NCBI GenBank assembly: GCA_002794465.1
Contig: MTSL01000113.1
Coordinates: 1,910-33,909 of the forward strand
Direction of reading: 5' to 3'
Length of the DNA: 32,000 bases
From: Paramicrosporidium saccamoebae KSL3
Taxonomy: Eukaryota > Fungi > Cryptomycota
The notes under the pieces are model-generated. The model had not been told where the DNA came from. It saw only the letters and a list, made by a program, of their open reading frames with translations, and did not search any database. Positions 8,103 to 18,280 of the stretch are shown piece by piece; the stretch's first letter is position 1, and every line of letters begins with the position of its first letter. Position numbers and translations under genes: made by a program.

Positions 8103-11100
8103 ATGGCTGGTGGTCGTACAAGTCTCTATGAAAGACAGTGGAATGAAGTCGATGCTATCAAGTCAATCTACATTGTAATCACTGCTATTTTTGCCAAAGT
8201 ATTAGGATGAATATGAGGAAATAGCGTATCCATGGAGCGTATATCATTCAAGTAGAATTCACATTCAAATAGGTCGACCATCCCCCGTGTTTTGTAATAC
8301 ATCTGAGCATCACTGAGACTGGAGCTCAGGGCAGCACTTGCGCAGTTGATTTAGAGTTCAAGTACCTACTGTTATTTTTCCGACAATTTAGACTGACCCC
8401 GTCATATCCGGATACAGTTCCCGAAATCAAAATAACCAAAAAGCGTGGAATGCAGTCTTCGCAGACTCATTCGATGCAGGAGCAAATGTGCCAGAAAGCA
8501 AGGACCCTGCTCGGATCTGAAATGATATTTGATTTGGTTGAGCACGCAAAAGTATTGAATCGTCTGCTCTCTTTAACCTAGCAGGAGTTGTTGACCATGG
8601 CGACAAAGAAAAAAGTGTCCTTTCATGACGAAATGACAATGAGAAAAACTTTGAATCGCGCAACTCTGGATCAGGAGACTTTGCATGCAGACTCATCCAA
8701 GGCAAACGTGAGTCCTGAAGCCGAGGAGCTTGGTATCACCTGGATAACTCTGCTAATCCAGTAGCAAGCCGAATCAAGCACGAATTGGAGGTAAAGGAAA
8801 AACTGGTCAAGTCGGCGCGGGATAGGAAAAATTCCGAAGATCCCAGCGATTTTAGCAAAATTCTCCACTTTGACCCTCCGCTAAGCATCCAACTTCCCGA
8901 TTCTGAAAAACCTTTAAAAATTCCCAAGCTTTTTGTGGGCGACGCGCTGGTAGAATCGGTGCTAGGGGGAAACACTTTTTGCGCAGAGTTTGATGGACTA
9001 GAGTTTCTAGCAACATCGATCCGATTTGAGGGCGCCTTTTATCACACCACCCACGGAAGGAAGAAATTACACGCCGTCGGTAAGAAGATTCAGGAACTTT
9101 CCCATCTGGGATACAGCCCACTGTATTGTCGTCTGTTGGGGTCCACGCTGGTCGAGGTGGGTGAGAAAATGTCCGACTTGTGGATTGTGACAGATAATTA
9201 TTCTGGAATGACCATGGAGTGGTTGTTAAACTGCAGTGGAACATTCAGTCTGAGCAAGTCCATGTCGTATGTAGAGGATATTTTGCATTCATTATCTGAT
9301 TTGCACTCGAGCAATGTTGCCCATCAAGGTACATGGCACGATGACGAGCTTCTAATGTCTGTAGATTTGCTACTTTCAAACATTATCATCTCAACTGGAA
9401 TTGCTGGGTTGAGGCTGATTCATCCTGCAATCACACGCCTACTTAGAGATTTGCATCAGACACATCCAATTTCTGGTCGTTTTACCTTGCCCAGTGAGAT
9501 TTCGTGGCGACCACCAGAGGTAATTTCCAAAGGCGGTCAATCTGGCAAAAAGGCAGATATTTGGCATCTTGGCCACGTGTTCCTCCAAATGCTCTTTGGA
9601 ATCTCATTCCCTGCAGCATTTGAGACTGCCGATGATGCCTTGGAGGTGGTCAGTGGTCTTCCCGCCAGTGTTCAAAGTCTAATCAATTCCATGCTTGAAA
9701 GGGAGACCACATGCCGGCCCTCAGTTGCCGAAATTTTGAATCACATTGCCTTTTCACCAAAATCTATGAAAGAGTATGAATCATACACCACCAAAAACAT
9801 TTCTCTCGCACCAAGGAACATTCCCGTCGACATTTCCAGTCGAAGTGATCGCCGAGAATCTTCACGATACAAGACTGATTTTGAAGAGATTCAATTTCTT
9901 GGACGAGGCGCATTTGGACAGGTCATCAAGGTTCGCAATCGCATTGACAACCGATTCTATGCCATCAAGAGGATCCGGTTGGATCCATCAAATTTTGACT
10001 ATAACAACAAGATTTTAAGAGAAGTCACCACCCTTAGTCGGCTTCACCATGACCGGGTAGTCCGGTATTATCAAGCATGGATTGAGGGGGGTTTGGCATC
10101 CCGGTCGGAAGACTTGAGGGAGACAAGTGAGTCGTCTGAGGAGGAGGAAGACGATGGGACTGATGACGAGTGGAGCAGGGAAGGCATTAGCAGCAGAAAA
10201 ATGTACTCGAGTAATATGATCCAGTCCAACTCCAGCCTGTCTTCACTAATCCAATTCCACACTGGATTCACCTCGTCCGAAGCATCCAGTCAGAATGCCC
10301 TTGAAAGTACAGCCGAGACAATGTTGGCTGCTGGCAATGGGCCACAATATTTGTACATTCAAATGGAATATTGCCCTAATCAGACCCTAAGGGATGTTAT
10401 TGATGCTGGTGTTGACAGCGACGAGGCCTGGCGACTATTCCGGCAGATTGCCGAAGGCCTTTGTCATGTGCATTCTCAAGGAACGATCCATCGTGATTTA
10501 AAGCCGGGAAACATTTTTCTGGACACTAATGGGGATGTTAAAATTGGAGATTTCGGCCTTGCCGTTGGAGAAGATGGTGAGATTGTCAGCAAATCTGCGC
10601 CTGTTGAAGTTGTGGATACTGGTGAATCTTTGACAGGAGGAATTGGCACTCCTCTGTACGTTAGTCCTGAACAAGAGGCTCATGGCAGTCGCTACAATCA
10701 AAAGGTTGACATGTACAGTCTTGGTATCATTCTGATCGAGCTGTTGGTTCCTTTCACAACCGGCATGGAACGTGTTCTAGTCATAAAAGATGTCAGGAGT
10801 GCTGCCGTAAAGCTCCCTGACATATTTAGCAGACCCAATATGACAAAAGCTGCATCAATTTTGAAGAATCTGCTGGGACACGATGCCAAGACTCGATTCA
10901 CGTCAGAGGAGCTTCTTCGGAGTGACTTGCTTCCCGTCAAGATGGAAGATGAGTACATTCGCGAGGCTATCAGAACCGTGTCATCTCCAAATACCCCGTA
11001 CTACAGTAAACTATTGACGACAGTCTTTTCCCAGGGATATGATCCGCTCAAAGCGTTCACATTTGATTACCACGCGGGAATTACGAATGATGCAGCCATC

Positions 11101-12792
11101 CTGTCTGGCTTGGACAAGGTGGAATCCATCTTGACGACCGTGTTCAGTAGACATGGTGCGGTTCGCTTCGAACCTCCGCTACTCGTCCCCAAAGGAAGTA
11201 CGGCGGGACCCACGTTTCTGTCATCTTCGGGACAGCTCGTGCAGCTTTCTGACAATCTCACCACACCATTTGCAAGGTTTGTGGCTCTAAACTCCATCGC
11301 CGATATGAAGCGGTTTACGATTGGTCCAGTGTTTCGAGAAAACTTGGCGGGAGGGCAGCCTCGCCAGCCTCTGGAGGCTTCATTTGATCGCGTCTACTCC
11401 AGTGAGGATAACCTAATACCCGAGTTGGAGGTGATTCGAGTAGCTAGCACAGTGTTGGATGAAGTGGTGGGCTCCCAATCCTTTGTTTTACGGTTGAATC
11501 ACGCCGATATTTTGTCAGCTGTACTTACGCAGTGTCTTGTGCCCGCCAACAAAAAGAAGGACGTGATGGAGGTTTTGTCTCAATTCAGCAAATCCAGCTG
11601 GATTAAAGTAAAAAGTCTGCTCACTTCACGCGTGGTCCTGCCTCCCGCCGCGATTGATAGTCTTGGTAAAATTGTTGGGATCAAAGGTAATTGTGCAAGT
11701 GAGGTTGGTAGTAAATATCTAGATTTGGAGCCTCTTGTTGCTGTCAAGAGATTGGGAGACATTTTAAAGAGTATGAAAGAGTCTGCAGAAGCCATTAGGT
11801 ACATTAATTTACTAGTGGCATGCATTCCCCAAATTGGTATCAAATATCGCATATCAGTCGATCCGCTGTTCAATCTCAATGATGTCATTTATTCTGGGAC
11901 CATGTTTCAGGTCATAATGGAGGATCGAAAAAAGACGGACGGACTGGTGTCTGGAGGTTCGTTTAGGAAACTTGTCGACAGCTTCAGGTTTCCCACAGAC
12001 CGTGTTCGCAACATTAACGCAGTGGGGGCGGTCTGGAATCTCGGTCGACTTTTGAATATGAGGTCGTCTCTCGGGATACGAATCGGAAAGGAGCCTATTG
12101 TTCTCATCTACTCGGCTGGTCCGGATATGCTGCTTGAGAAGCTGAACATTGCATCGCTACTATGGGATTCCGGCATAGTTGTGGATATTATCCGGGAAGA
12201 CATTGTGACCGGCGAGTATATCAATCAGATTGTTCGGATAAGGGGAATCTCTGCCACCATTCACTTGAAGGATCATTCTTCCCGAGGACAATTTGGTGTT
12301 GTCAGGTTAAAGAGCATTGAGAAAAGGCAAGAATTTGAGTTGACCCGATCGGAGATTGTCGACGCGCTTTGCTCAATTTTTGCCGAAACCGACAGGGAAG
12401 TGTCTCGAGATGAGCAAGGTATGACCCCACAGCCATCCTCGACGCCCCTCAATGTGTCGCTGTTTGCGCCATATGCCAAGATTAAGGGAGGCCAGAAGAC
12501 TATTATTATGGAAAAGGCTGTCCGCGCCATGTCTCCCTTGCTGGCCACCATGTCTGGGACTGCGCCCATTGAAGTAATTGCTCATGACATGTCTCGGGAC
12601 CTGTTGCGGCGTGTAATGGACACTCTTTCTGAGGGCGATGATTCATTCAAGAAGCTGGTGGATTCGCGCGACGATCGCAATGCAGCCACGAAAATGAGGA
12701 CGCTGCTTAGAGGACTCCGTGAAAAGTCGTTTGCCTTCCTTTATCATTACAAGGATAATTGCATCGACCTGGCGCCGTTGACAATTCAATAA
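8103..12792 (+). CDS. GCN2: eIF2-alpha kinase GCN2 (RWD, pseudokinase, kinase, HisRS-like, C-terminal domain); spliced
   Basis: Exons 8103-8174, 8206-8238, 8273-8361, 8392-8551, 8582-8732 and 8762(or 8765)-12792 rebuild the RWD domain (RQWNEVDAIKSIYIDEY...KLTPSYPDTVPEI...LLGSEMIFDLVE). Kinase motifs: LGRGAFGQV, YAIKRI, HRDLKPGNIF, KIGDFGLA, GTPLYVSPE. HisRS-like motifs: RHGA, LTTPFARFV, KRFTIGPVFRE. Confidence 0.95.
8175..8205 (+). other. GCN2 intron 1, 31 nt
   Basis: GTAATC...ATTAG; removal joins KSIYI to DEYEE in frame. Confidence 0.85.
8239..8272 (+). other. GCN2 intron 2, 34 nt
   Basis: GTATAT...AATAG; the unspliced reading reaches a TGA. Confidence 0.75.
8362..8391 (+). other. GCN2 intron 3, 30 nt
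   Basis: GTACCT...TTTAG; removal gives DLEFKLTPSYPDTVP, the RWD YPxxxP motif. Confidence 0.85.
8552..8581 (+). other. GCN2 intron 4, 30 nt (TAGCAG tandem acceptor, alternative end 8584)
   Basis: GTATTG...CCTAG; it contains an in-frame TAG. Confidence 0.85.
8733..8761 (+). other. GCN2 intron 5, 29 nt (CAGTAG tandem acceptor, alternative end 8764)
   Basis: GTATCA...GCTAATCCAG with a CTAAT branch-like motif; removal joins the frame of the long ORF. Confidence 0.8.
9329..9364 (+). other. Probable stop-free in-frame intron in GCN2, 36 nt
   Basis: GTACAT...CTAAT...TGTAG; removal converts VAHQGTWHDDELLMSVDLLLSNI to VAHQDLLLSNI, an HxDL catalytic-loop-like motif. Confidence 0.7.
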
Positions 12793-12846
12793 ATATTCTA
12801 TTTCTGGAATGGCGAGTCCAAAGAAACGCAGCCTGGCCAAGGAGAC

Positions 12847-13416
12847 ATGAAGGAGGTGAGATTCAAGAGACGTATGATGAAGCAATTTCTCCTGGATGCG
12901 ACAATCTGTGCATTCCAAGAACGCCGAGCAACACTTCCCAGACCAAACACAATTCGTGTTGAAGAGGACGCTCTTAACTTTGACGACAATAGCAATATGG
13001 AAAATTCCTTGCTCGAGAGTCCCTCTATATCGCTGAAAGGAATATTTGCCCATTTCAAAAAGACGAGTGCAGTCACCATAAAGCACAAGAAACCGACGTA
13101 CGAGTGTGTTCCATTCTCTGATGGCAAGATCTTTGATTCCCAAAGCTACAAAGATTGTCCCCGATCCATAATGGAGCCCCCTGACGAGAGAGATAAGAGG
13201 GGTAAGGAGGATGAGAGAGATGGAAGAGATGAGAGAGATGGGAAAGATGGGAAAGATGAGAGAGATGGGAAAGATGACCATGTTCAGTCGTTCAGGTGTC
13301 AGCCAGACGCGCCTGTCAAGTCGTCCAGGCGTTGCCCTGATGACCAGTCCATGTCTTCATTGCAAGATGCCTTGAGTATATCAATGGGCATTGAAATTGA
13401 TAGTTTTGAAGGGTAA
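12847..13416 (+). CDS. Hypothetical protein, 189 aa, with a low-complexity (DERDGK)-like tract
   Basis: ORF track only; I recognise no domain. The start codon is uncertain. Confidence 0.5.
   Translation: MKEVRFKRRMMKQFLLDATICAFQERRATLPRPNTIRVEEDALNFDDNSNMENSLLESPSISLKGIFAHFKKTSAVTIKHKKPTYECVPFSDGKIFDSQSYKDCPRSIMEPPDERDKRGKEDERDGRDERDGKDGKDERDGKDDHVQSFRCQPDAPVKSSRRCPDDQSMSSLQDALSISMGIEIDSFEG
13183..13278 (+). repeat. Purine-rich 9-bp-unit repeat (GATGAGAGA / GATGGGAAA) encoding DER/DGK
   Basis: Visible mosaic tandem repeat inside ORF 12847-13416. Confidence 0.85.
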
Positions 13417-13716
13417 TCTAGTTTTTGTGGTAACATTTTGGTAGGAGTGACTTTTATGACTAGCCGTTATAGTCTGCGTGAGAAGCAAGAGAGCGTATGT
13501 TTGTGCTTGGGCAATACTATCATGTCGACGGAACAGAGACAAAGTGCGCGATAGTGCATAATCTCATCCAATATCGTACCATATTATCTCCTCTAGTATC
13601 GTGTCGCGTCATTCCATTTAGTACCGTCTCATAGTATGGCTTAGCATCTCTGCAAGCCGGGATATTGATGCGTTTGACAGTTCCTATTTCGGTCAGCAGC
13701 CAATCAGGCGGACCTC

Positions 13717-16700
13717 ATGGTCGCTGATACTGCGCATGACCATAGCGCTCCCGGTACGCAGTCCTATTTTCCGTCTGACTTGGCGGTAGAAATATGTCGC
13801 GTCTGTCGTGGAGAGGCCACAAATGATCAGCCTCTATTCTATCCTTGTCTATGCTCTGGTAGCATCAAGTACGTCCACCAAGAGTGCCTGCTGGAATGGC
13901 TGAAACATTCCAAGAAAAAGTATTGTGAGCTATGTAAGCACCCATATTCGTTCAGTCCAGTTTACGAAGAACTCATGCCCGCTCGTCTGCCCATAAGTGT
14001 TATCAGTCTAGGACTGGCACGGCAATTTTTTGGAATCCTTCGAATCGGCCTACGCTATGTATATCTTTCTGCCATTTGGCTTGTCCTCGTGCCCACCATT
14101 ACCACTTCAACACTCTGTCTTTATCTGGGATGGGGAATGGTGGGACTCAAAGAATTAAGCCTTGTCACTGCCATCTTTAATGTGGGAGTCGGCCTAGGAA
14201 TTACGTCAGTAATGGTGTTACTTTTGATGAGCTTATTATTACTGAGAGACTATATGTTGACACATCGACTGTTGCGTGTTCGGAGACGAAGACGTGCCAA
14301 CGGTATGGGTATGGGAGTGGGTGTCGGTGCGGGTGCGGGTGTAGATGTGGGGATAAATGAAGGGGGTAATGGGGAGATGAATAGAGATGCGAATAGAGAG
14401 GCGAATGGAGAGGTGAATAGAGAGGCGAATAGAGAGGCAAATGGACAAGAACCTGGAGATGCAAATAGAAGGGAAAACGAAAGAGAACTTGCAGATGAAG
14501 CTACAGGCATTGATGAAAATTCAGCCATCGGAATTCATCGCAACAACAATCCAACCATGGGAATCTATCGCAATAATGATCCAACCACGGAAATCTATCG
14601 CAACAAGAATCAAACCGCAGGAATCCGCCGCAACGACAACCTACCCACGGGAATCCACAGCAGCGATAATCCAACCGCAGAAATCCACAACAGCGTTAAT
14701 CTGACCGCAGAAACCCACAACAGCGATAATCCAACCACAGAAATTCACAACAATACCCGTCCAGCCACAGGAATCTACCGCAATGGAAATCCCATCGCAG
14801 AAATTTATCGCAGTGAAAACTCAGTTACAGAAATTCATCACAATGGTAATTCAGAGACAACGGCGAGGACCTTTGTGACTCGACAATCTGAGAGGTCATA
14901 TTGGCTACAAAATGTCGTTCCTCGTGAATATCGAGCATATCTCCGACGTCGCGACCTTTACCGCGAGAGAAATCTTCGAGGGAGCCATTCTCATCTTGAT
15001 GCGGACACTAGCGCGCTAACCTCCAGACCACAAGCGGTCGAGAATGCTGCCGTCGCTAGCTCTTCAATCACAAATTCAAATGTAGAAGAGGGTGGAACTT
15101 TTCATCGCAGGAACAATGGACTAAGAGAGCACAATCGGGGAGAAACGTCCCACATAGCCGGGTCAAGCACATTGAATGTCACGTTCCGTGATAATATTCG
15201 CTGCAAGATTTGCTCTAGTGTAGTCTGTATCGACAAGGAACATGTTGTTTTGGCATCTCAGAGGACCCGACAGCAAGAAGCTACAAGCGGAGCCGAGCCA
15301 GAGGAAGGCCAAGGCACCACAACTGATCCGCTCCCTGTGGCACCCGTTGCTGACATCCCTCCTCCCCCTCGACGGGTAGAGGATGCTGCGGTAGAGGCTA
15401 ATCAGTGGAATTTCTTGGGAATGAACTTTGAGGGTGATAACGGGGCAGCCATGACATTGTCCGAGTTTATTGGGCTGACCGGCTCACTTCTGTCTGTAAT
15501 CCAGAATGCCTTTGTCATTATTTCTTGCAATGTCATGGTTCTTCACTCTGCAGTTTTCGTTCCCCAAATGGTCGGGAAAGCCGTCCTCAAAGGCGAACTG
15601 CCGCTTTGGCTATCCAATGGAATTTCATTTATCGAATCCACAATTTTCAATGTCGCCACTTCCGAATCAGATGTGACAAAAGTATATCCCTTGGCCAAGA
15701 ACGCATTGGCAGCTATTGTATCGCATGGCAAGCCAGCTATTACATCTCTATCGATGATTCCAGACTATCTGATAACTCTACTGCCAAACAACTTTCAAGG
15801 ATTGCTATCGGAACGACTTGCAACAATTGGAACTAATGCTAGACTCGCAACGACTTTATTTTCGTACTCGGAGGGGTATTATATGGATTTCATCTTGCAG
15901 CTCTTTGCCGGGTACTTGGCAATTCTCTGCACTTGTGGTGTATACCGGCTGCTTGTGATTGATAATATGCGCAAATTGGATGACTTGCATCGCGGCCTTT
16001 TGCAAATGTTTCAGCTTTTTTCGTCATATTTGAAACTTGTTTTTTTCATGATGATTGAACTGATTGCTTTTCCAATTTACTGCGGGTGGATGGTGGACCT
16101 TTCGTCACTAAACATGTTTGCATCAAACTTTGCCGGGAGAATTGGGTTCTACAACAGTTATCCATTTTCATCGCAGCTGATCCACTGGTCGGTGGGCACA
16201 ATCTTTCTTATTCAGGTATCGGTGATGATCAAGTGGTATCGAAGCGTGTTTCGGCCAGGCCTGCTCTACTTTATTCGAAATTCGGATGATCCGGATAATT
16301 TGCCCTTGAAAGAGGTAGTGGAACGATCCGTCCACGACCAGCTATTGAGATTTGTCAACTCTTTGATTCTCTTTGGGATAGTCATTGTCTGCCACATTTA
16401 TGGCTTTTCGGTCATGTGCCAGTTGTTTGTCCCCAATCTAATTCCCCTGAACATTAGTTTCCGTAACTACACTGCCGAGGTGCCGTATGACTTGTTTGGA
16501 AACCTCTTTGCCAAAGTCTTGGTAGATTTTCTCAATCCTGGTACGATTGGAAAATTGTCGCGGGCATTTATGCGATCCGTTCTGAAGCTTCTCAGACTCA
16601 GTTCTTACTTTTATGGAGGCCGATATCTTTATGAAGAGTCGCTTACTACAGGAAAATGGGTGTTTGTTCCAGATGCTGAACGGGTGTACAAGGCTGAAAA

Positions 16701-17724
16701 GGTCCGGGACATGTTTCAAAGGCGGGTTGAGCCTCTTGATATCGCCAAGATTCCAGTTGTTGAAGGTCGCGATCCGTCCACTGTACCAATTGCCCCGACT
16801 GTCCCGGTTGAGCCCAGACGGCCAAGAAGAGTGGGCGCGGGCCGACGTGCTGAAGACCCAACCAAGGGATTCACCGTGGTATATCGACCAAACAATTGTG
16901 CTGCCCGAGTATACTTGTTCTTATTTACCGAATGGCTCTACTATCAACTGGTGGGAATGCTTCTTGTCGCTACGCCCATTCTAATTGGACGCTACATCTT
17001 TGGCCTCTTCTTGACTGATGGTACCAAGGCACATGAGATGCACACTTTTATGGCAGGATTCATGGTCATGGGGGTGTTGATGAAGACGGTTCAGCTGACA
17101 TACAATGTCCTATGCGATGGGGGCTTGGTAAATGTCCTCAAAACTAGCATAAGAGTGCCAGTTATTGCTCTCAAAGCGGCCATTGTGGGGGTCTTTATTT
17201 CATTCCTCTGGCCCACAATGATTGGGGCTTACTTGATGCTCATCTTGTCACCTTTGCTCTCATCGGTGAATGAGACACCCATTTTACCGCTCTTTACGTG
17301 CTGGTTCATTGGATTCATGTATATCAAGGTCTTTTACACTGTGCGCGACGTTCTTTGTTCGACTGAAAGAGTCCAGATTCTTGATCGACTCGCTACATTA
17401 GAGGGATGGACAGATATGCAATTTATGCAGGTCATGCTCCGTGTTGTTCTGCCATACACCATGCGTCTCGTAACGCTCATCGTCGGTCCTCCATTGGCCG
17501 TTGTCCTGCTGGCGCCGCTGATTGACCTCGATTTTGTCCAAATGTTGATTATCGGCAGATGGTCCTACCTGTTGAGCCTGGCTGTGCCTGCAGTTGTTCT
17601 GGGGGTGGGTTTGATATCCAATCTTCGACAAAGTATGGCCATGCGCATTAGAGATGACAACTATCTCGTCGGCCGACGGCTCCATAATCTCGAGAGGCCC
17701 CCAAGCCAGCCTCGATTCCCGTAA
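13717..17724 (+). CDS. DOA10: ERAD E3 ubiquitin ligase Doa10/Ssm4/MARCH6
   Basis: N-terminal RING-CH (CRVCR...PCLCSGSIKYVHQECLLEWL...CELCKHPYSF), many TM segments, TD-domain motifs (IELIAFPIYCGW, RPGLLYFIRNSDDP) and C-terminal IRDDNYLVGRRLHN. Confidence 0.96.
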   Translation: MVADTAHDHSAPGTQSYFPSDLAVEICRVCRGEATNDQPLFYPCLCSGSIKYVHQECLLEWLKHSKKKYCELCKHPYSFSPVYEELMPARLPISVISLGLARQFFGILRIGLRYVYLSAIWLVLVPTITTSTLCLYLGWGMVGLKELSLVTAIFNVGVGLGITSVMVLLLMSLLLLRDYMLTHRLLRVRRRRRANGMGMGVGVGAGAGVDVGINEGGNGEMNRDANREANGEVNREANREANGQEPGDANRRENERELADEATGIDENSAIGIHRNNNPTMGIYRNNDPTTEIYRNKNQTAGIRRNDNLPTGIHSSDNPTAEIHNSVNLTAETHNSDNPTTEIHNNTRPATGIYRNGNPIAEIYRSENSVTEIHHNGNSETTARTFVTRQSERSYWLQNVVPREYRAYLRRRDLYRERNLRGSHSHLDADTSALTSRPQAVENAAVASSSITNSNVEEGGTFHRRNNGLREHNRGETSHIAGSSTLNVTFRDNIRCKICSSVVCIDKEHVVLASQRTRQQEATSGAEPEEGQGTTTDPLPVAPVADIPPPPRRVEDAAVEANQWNFLGMNFEGDNGAAMTLSEFIGLTGSLLSVIQNAFVIISCNVMVLHSAVFVPQMVGKAVLKGELPLWLSNGISFIESTIFNVATSESDVTKVYPLAKNALAAIVSHGKPAITSLSMIPDYLITLLPNNFQGLLSERLATIGTNARLATTLFSYSEGYYMDFILQLFAGYLAILCTCGVYRLLVIDNMRKLDDLHRGLLQMFQLFSSYLKLVFFMMIELIAFPIYCGWMVDLSSLNMFASNFAGRIGFYNSYPFSSQLIHWSVGTIFLIQVSVMIKWYRSVFRPGLLYFIRNSDDPDNLPLKEVVERSVHDQLLRFVNSLILFGIVIVCHIYGFSVMCQLFVPNLIPLNISFRNYTAEVPYDLFGNLFAKVLVDFLNPGTIGKLSRAFMRSVLKLLRLSSYFYGGRYLYEESLTTGKWVFVPDAERVYKAEKVRDMFQRRVEPLDIAKIPVVEGRDPSTVPIAPTVPVEPRRPRRVGAGRRAEDPTKGFTVVYRPNNCAARVYLFLFTEWLYYQLVGMLLVATPILIGRYIFGLFLTDGTKAHEMHTFMAGFMVMGVLMKTVQLTYNVLCDGGLVNVLKTSIRVPVIALKAAIVGVFISFLWPTMIGAYLMLILSPLLSSVNETPILPLFTCWFIGFMYIKVFYTVRDVLCSTERVQILDRLATLEGWTDMQFMQVMLRVVLPYTMRLVTLIVGPPLAVVLLAPLIDLDFVQMLIIGRWSYLLSLAVPAVVLGVGLISNLRQSMAMRIRDDNYLVGRRLHNLERPPSQPRFP
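14302..14445 (+). repeat. In-frame short-period repeats in DOA10: 6-bp (GM/GV/GA) then 12-bp (NREA)
   Basis: Translates to GMGMGVGVGAGAG and MNRDANREANGEVNREANREANG. Confidence 0.8.
14530..14859 (+). repeat. In-frame 30-bp minisatellite, 11 units, in DOA10
   Basis: Units start at 14530, 14560 ... 14830; peptide consensus (G/E)I(H/Y)(R/N)NxNPT(A/T). Confidence 0.92.
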
Positions 17725-18018
17725 CTCGCTCTAGATGCTGCTGCTAATGAAACAAAAAAATTATACTATTCTAAAGCACTGGTAGGGGGTTGGTTGTATG
17801 TTTTAGAGTCGTAATGTTTGGACCTGGGTGGTTAAACGATCCTGTTAGTGTCCACTTGTGATTGGTAACCCTGATAGCTATTCCATGCTCCAGTATACTA
17901 GGGGTAGCAGTCTAGAATGATGTCTTTTATAAAGGAATACTCTCGTCCACCAATCGATCCTTGACATGTCTACGGGCTAGGAACTCTAAAGGGCTTTTAC
18001 TTGAACCTCACAATATAT

Positions 18019-18229
18019 TGTTGCGTAGTGGGGATAGAACCACGGGCCCTGCCAGGCGGGAAGAGAGGAGATGGGACGAGAAGAGAATTTATTCAGTCAA
18101 CCCAACGACCCATTTATAGTCTCCCAAGTGGCATGGCAATAGTCTTCAAATACCCAGCAACTAGGTCTTCTCCAAACTAGGGGACTATCCTCAAAACCCA
18201 ACTAATCAACCCTCTATCTCTACGTCACA
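18019..18229 (-). mobile_element. Solo LTR-like repeat, copy 1 (211 bp)
   Basis: Plus-strand ends TGTTGCG...CGTCACA, flanks ATAT/ATAG (3 of 4 match). Minus strand has TATAAATG at 18111-18118 and AATAAA at 18088-18093. It shares TCAAATACCCAGCAACTAGGTCTTCTCCAAACTAGGG with the copy at 25740. Confidence 0.8.
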
Positions 18230-18280
18230 ATAGCATAACTTGGCCAGGGATCATAATCCACTACCCAACACCGCAGGTCC

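Noticed and set aside
8050-8178. Out-of-frame upstream ATG as a regulatory uORF of GCN2
   Set aside because: It may lie outside the transcript in such compact spacers; uORF control is established for GCN4, not GCN2.
12643-13281. 212-aa minus-strand ORF
   Set aside because: It overlaps the GCN2 3' end and the purine-rich repeat antisense; its hydrophobic IFPISLI start is simply the complement of that repeat.
14530-14859. CRISPR-like array
   Set aside because: It is an in-frame coding minisatellite without unique spacers, in a eukaryotic gene, with no cas genes.
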